Assembly: GCA_965208675.1 (NCBI GenBank)
Contig: OZ242351.1
Location: forward strand, 2,144,001-2,208,000
Length of the DNA stretch: 64,000 nt
Reading direction: 5' to 3'
DNA from: Candidatus Poribacteria bacterium
Lineage (GTDB): Bacteria; Poribacteria; WGA-4E; PCPOR2b
Shown: piece by piece, positions 60,974 to 64,000 of the stretch
Layout: each line of letters opens with the position of its first letter
How positions within the stretch are numbered: the first letter of the stretch is position 1
Made by a program: the position numbers and the translations under genes
The notes under the pieces: generated by a model
Told to the model about the DNA's origin: nothing
What the model saw: the letters and a program-made list of their open reading frames with translations, nothing else
Databases searched by the model: none

Positions 60974-61810
60974 ATGACACCAACATTTCTCGCCATTGGA
61001 CATTTTTGTTATGATGTTTCACCGAGCGGTTATGTAATTGGGGGTTCGGCGGCATATTCGACGATTACTGCGCGAAATCTTGGTTGCCGCGCACGCGCCA
61101 TTACGGCTGTGGGTAGTGATTTTGACCCACAGAATCCGACGTTAGATGGCGTCGAAGTGATTTACCAAGAATCGTCAAACACGACCATCTTCGAGAACCG
61201 GTACGGCGCAGATGGCGGGCGGGAACAATTAATCTTGTCTATAAGCAGCCGATTGAGGCCGCAAGTCGTTGCGTCGGTTTCTCGTAACGCAGAAATTGCT
61301 TACCTGTGCCCGATTGCTGATGAAGTTGACCCTGATTGTATTCACAGCCTCAATTCCGCCTTAATCGGTGTCACGCCGCAAGGTTGGATGCGGCAGTTGG
61401 ACGGGGACTCGCAAGTTGTTCGACCCAAGCGGTGGGATTCTGCTCCTGCTATTTTACCGTGTGCCGATGTGCTAATTTTGAGTGAGGAGGATTTGATTGC
61501 CTATCCGGATGAGCTGGAGAAATATATTGAATTGACAAGAATTGTGGTTTTAACCAAGGGTAGGTATGGCGCTACACTGTATGAAAATGGCCGTATACTG
61601 GATTCCCAAGCCTATCCTGCGAATGAAGTTGACCCTACGGGCGCCGGCGACGTTTTTGCAGCCGCGTTTTTAATCAAATATTATGAAACTCGCTTGCCGC
61701 AGGAGGCTCTCAATTTTGCGCACTGCGCGGCCTCGTTTGCTGTCGAAGGAAAATATACAACAAACATACCGACGTTGGATTCAATCCATTGCCGCTTGAA
61801 ACCAATTTAA
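60974..61810 (+). CDS. PfkB family carbohydrate kinase
   Basis: GGSAAYS, TPQGWMR, VDPTGAGDVF. Confidence 0.9.
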   Translation: MTPTFLAIGHFCYDVSPSGYVIGGSAAYSTITARNLGCRARAITAVGSDFDPQNPTLDGVEVIYQESSNTTIFENRYGADGGREQLILSISSRLRPQVVASVSRNAEIAYLCPIADEVDPDCIHSLNSALIGVTPQGWMRQLDGDSQVVRPKRWDSAPAILPCADVLILSEEDLIAYPDELEKYIELTRIVVLTKGRYGATLYENGRILDSQAYPANEVDPTGAGDVFAAAFLIKYYETRLPQEALNFAHCAASFAVEGKYTTNIPTLDSIHCRLKPI

Positions 61811-61911
61811 GGGTGGCGTTCATAATGGGCTAACCGCGACGTTGTGAATTTTCTCTCCAATCGTCAATTCACCGGACAGATTTGTAATTCCGATTCAACC
61901 CCACCGATGCG

Positions 61912-62886
61912 TCAGTTCACCTGCATAGCTTTCCGCCATTCAAAACAGCGCACCATCTGATCCGAGTCGACCGGCTCCAATTGGGGCATTTCACTCCTGC
62001 ATTGCTCGGTTGCAAATTCACATCGCGACGCAAAGCGACAACCGTCAGGCATTTGAGTCGGTTCCGGAACACTACCTTGAATTGCGGTTAGGCGGTCAGC
62101 GTTTCCCGTTAATTTAGGAACAGCATTCAGCAACCCCCTTGTATAGGGGTGGTACGCACGTTCAAACAGTTTGTCGACCATTGCGCTCTCGACAACTTGC
62201 CCGGCGTACATGACCAATACTCGGTGCGCTGCCTCTGAAATTACACCGAGATTGTGCGTGATCAACAAGACCGCCATTCCCATATCGTCTTGAAGTTTGC
62301 CGATTAAATCGAGGATTTGCGCTTGAATGGTAACATCAAGTGCAGTTGTGGGTTCGTCAGCAATAAGGAGGGAAGGGTAGCAGGAGATTGCCATTGCAAT
62401 CATGACACGCTGCCGCATGCCGCCGCTCATTTGATGGGGATAATTGTGCACACTTTCTTTGGGAGTGGGAATGCCGACAGCAGCAAGGGATTCTATGCTC
62501 TTTTGCCACGCTGTTTTTTTATCTAGCCCCTGATGACGCCTAATTGCCTCAGAAATCTGATTGCCGACGGTGAATACGGGATTTAGTGAAACCATGGGTT
62601 CCTGGAAGACAATCGAAATCTCATTTCCGCGAATATCGCGCATTTCGGATTCTCTTCGGGCGAGCAGGTTCTCACCGTTCAACCAAATCTCCCCCGCCAC
62701 GATTTTTCCGGGCGGCGGCACAAGACGCAATATCGAAAGTGCGGTCATACTTTTACCGCACCCTGATTCACCGACTATGCCAAGTGTCTCCCCTTTCGCA
62801 AGTGTGAAACTCACGTCATCAACAGCGGGAACAATACCATCATCAGTATCAAAATAGGTTTTCAGGTTATTCACGCGAAGCAGCAT
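61912..62886 (-). CDS. Oligopeptide/dipeptide ABC transporter ATPase (OppD/DppD-like)
   Basis: GESGCGKS, YPHQMSGGMRQR, DEPTTALD, HPYTRGLL, C-terminal Cys cluster. Confidence 0.93.
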   Translation of the reverse strand: MLLRVNNLKTYFDTDDGIVPAVDDVSFTLAKGETLGIVGESGCGKSMTALSILRLVPPPGKIVAGEIWLNGENLLARRESEMRDIRGNEISIVFQEPMVSLNPVFTVGNQISEAIRRHQGLDKKTAWQKSIESLAAVGIPTPKESVHNYPHQMSGGMRQRVMIAMAISCYPSLLIADEPTTALDVTIQAQILDLIGKLQDDMGMAVLLITHNLGVISEAAHRVLVMYAGQVVESAMVDKLFERAYHPYTRGLLNAVPKLTGNADRLTAIQGSVPEPTQMPDGCRFASRCEFATEQCRSEMPQLEPVDSDQMVRCFEWRKAMQVN

Positions 62887-63277
62887 AACTAAATTAGGTC
62901 TTACGCACAACCCAACCTACTTTTACTACATCATTTAGACCGTTTCCAAAAGTGCTCCCATTCGCGAGATTAGGTGCTCGGGGACACTTACTACCATCGG
63001 CAAATTTTTGATTAATTTTAGTATCTACGCTTGCTTCAGAAACGCGTCTAATACTAGCTTCGCGGCATGCCTGGCAGCTGCCTCAATGAGTCGGCCGCGT
63101 TTTGTTTGAAAGTGTCCTTTTGTGTCCTTTTGTGCCCTAAAATCGGAGATTTCACTTTTTTGACCGGTTTTCATAGTTCGGGTTGCAGGCCTGATTTGAT
63201 GCTGCGGCTATCAGGGGCGCCTCGGAATCTGTGCAAAAATAAAATTGTAAAGGCTATAGGTGCAAATCGTTAAATTT

Positions 63278-63306
63278 ATTATAACGTATTTACAACAGCC
63301 AGTCAA
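63278..63306 (-). promoter_or_regulatory. sigma70 promoter about 390 nt upstream of the oppD-like gene
   Basis: TTGACT-N17-TATAAT. Confidence 0.7.
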
Positions 63307-63759
63307 GAAGAAGTTCTGTAACAGATGCTCGACGGTTGGTTCGCCGCTCAGGTCAACCTATGAAGAATGTCTGAACTGTGATTTGTGTGTTTGAATGACG
63401 GGCTATGTTTGAGGGAGCACGTAGGCACTCGGTGTTGGCAGGGTTTGTACCTTTAGTAGAGCGGTTTTGATGAAATCTGTGGATAATGAGGCATGAAGAT
63501 TGTGTGTTTACTGCGTTAAATTAAATTTTTGTGTGCAGCGAAATACAGCGTTATTCAAATTTCTAGACGCCGGAAAAGCAGTGGGTTTCGCTACGTCTGT
63601 TTTGCCGAGGGTGACGTTAGGGTATTCCGAGTGTGAATTTGCCATTGTTGCGGATGCAGGATTAGCCGCCCTACTCAACCTACAAGAGCTATATATTAAT
63701 GTTGACGATGTGCACGGACGGTGGAATTTGCGCCTCTGCTTATCCTGTCCTTCAGTTTT

Positions 63760-64000
63760 TCATGCCTGATACCGCCAATCACTTCCTGCCATACAACCGC
63801 CGTCAACGAAGATTACTTCTCCGGTAACGAAATTAGAAGCTTCAGACGCTAGGTAAATTGTCAGTCCGGCGAGATCCGCCGGTTCTCCCCAGCGGTTGGC
63901 AGGTGTACGATTCAAAACCCACCGGTTTCGCGAATCTGCCCGCATCGGTTCGGTGAGTGCGGTTCGGATGAAACCGGGAGCGATGCCGTTGACCTGGATA
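63760..64000 (-). CDS. SDR oxidoreductase (KduD/gluconate 5-dehydrogenase-like), 5' part outside the window
   Basis: IQVNGIAPGFIRT, RTPANRWGEP, VTGEVIFVDGG. Confidence 0.85.
   Translation of the reverse strand, partial: IQVNGIAPGFIRTALTEPMRADSRNRWVLNRTPANRWGEPADLAGLTIYLASEASNFVTGEVIFVDGGCMAGSDWRYQA

Noticed and set aside
63112-63138. GTGTCCTTTT tandem repeat as a CRISPR or iteron array
   Set aside because: Only about 2.5 units of 10 bp, no spacers, no cas or rep genes. I saw no CRISPR array anywhere in the window.

Overview
A bacterial chromosomal window, mostly housekeeping and cell-envelope genes: larB, alaS, rpsB-tsf-frr-cdsA-dxr, murA, iscU/iscA-like, rtcB, thiE, recO, tRNA-Pro(CGG), hlyC/corC-ybeY-phoH, mqnE-mqnA, a sugar-catabolism cluster and oppD. 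It also encodes many TPR, HEAT, Ig and LysM secreted proteins, an ECF sigma/anti-sigma pair and one intact IS5-family element. The gene mix (PhyH, giant TPR/HEAT lipoproteins, futalosine pathway) resembles Ca. Poribacteria, but that is inference only. Main observations: (1) a ~70-aa module I do not recognise is inserted in-frame three times into loops of two unrelated proteins, twice inside HEAT repeats and once in a small membrane protein; (2) a hidden AhpD-like selenoprotein (CxxU with a SECIS-like hairpin) that the ORF track splits in two; (3) an IscU-like protein that has lost two of its three Cys ligands but sits behind a perfect sigma70 promoter; (4) a DNA methyltransferase interrupted by a single in-frame TAG; (5) a DUF62 gene that apparently needs an ATC start; (6) a MITE-like element sharing its ends with the IS; (7) MqnE with a CX5CX2C motif; (8) pyrH, uppS and rseP are absent from the rpsB-dxr cluster. 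All calls come from reading the sequence by eye; no database searches were run.
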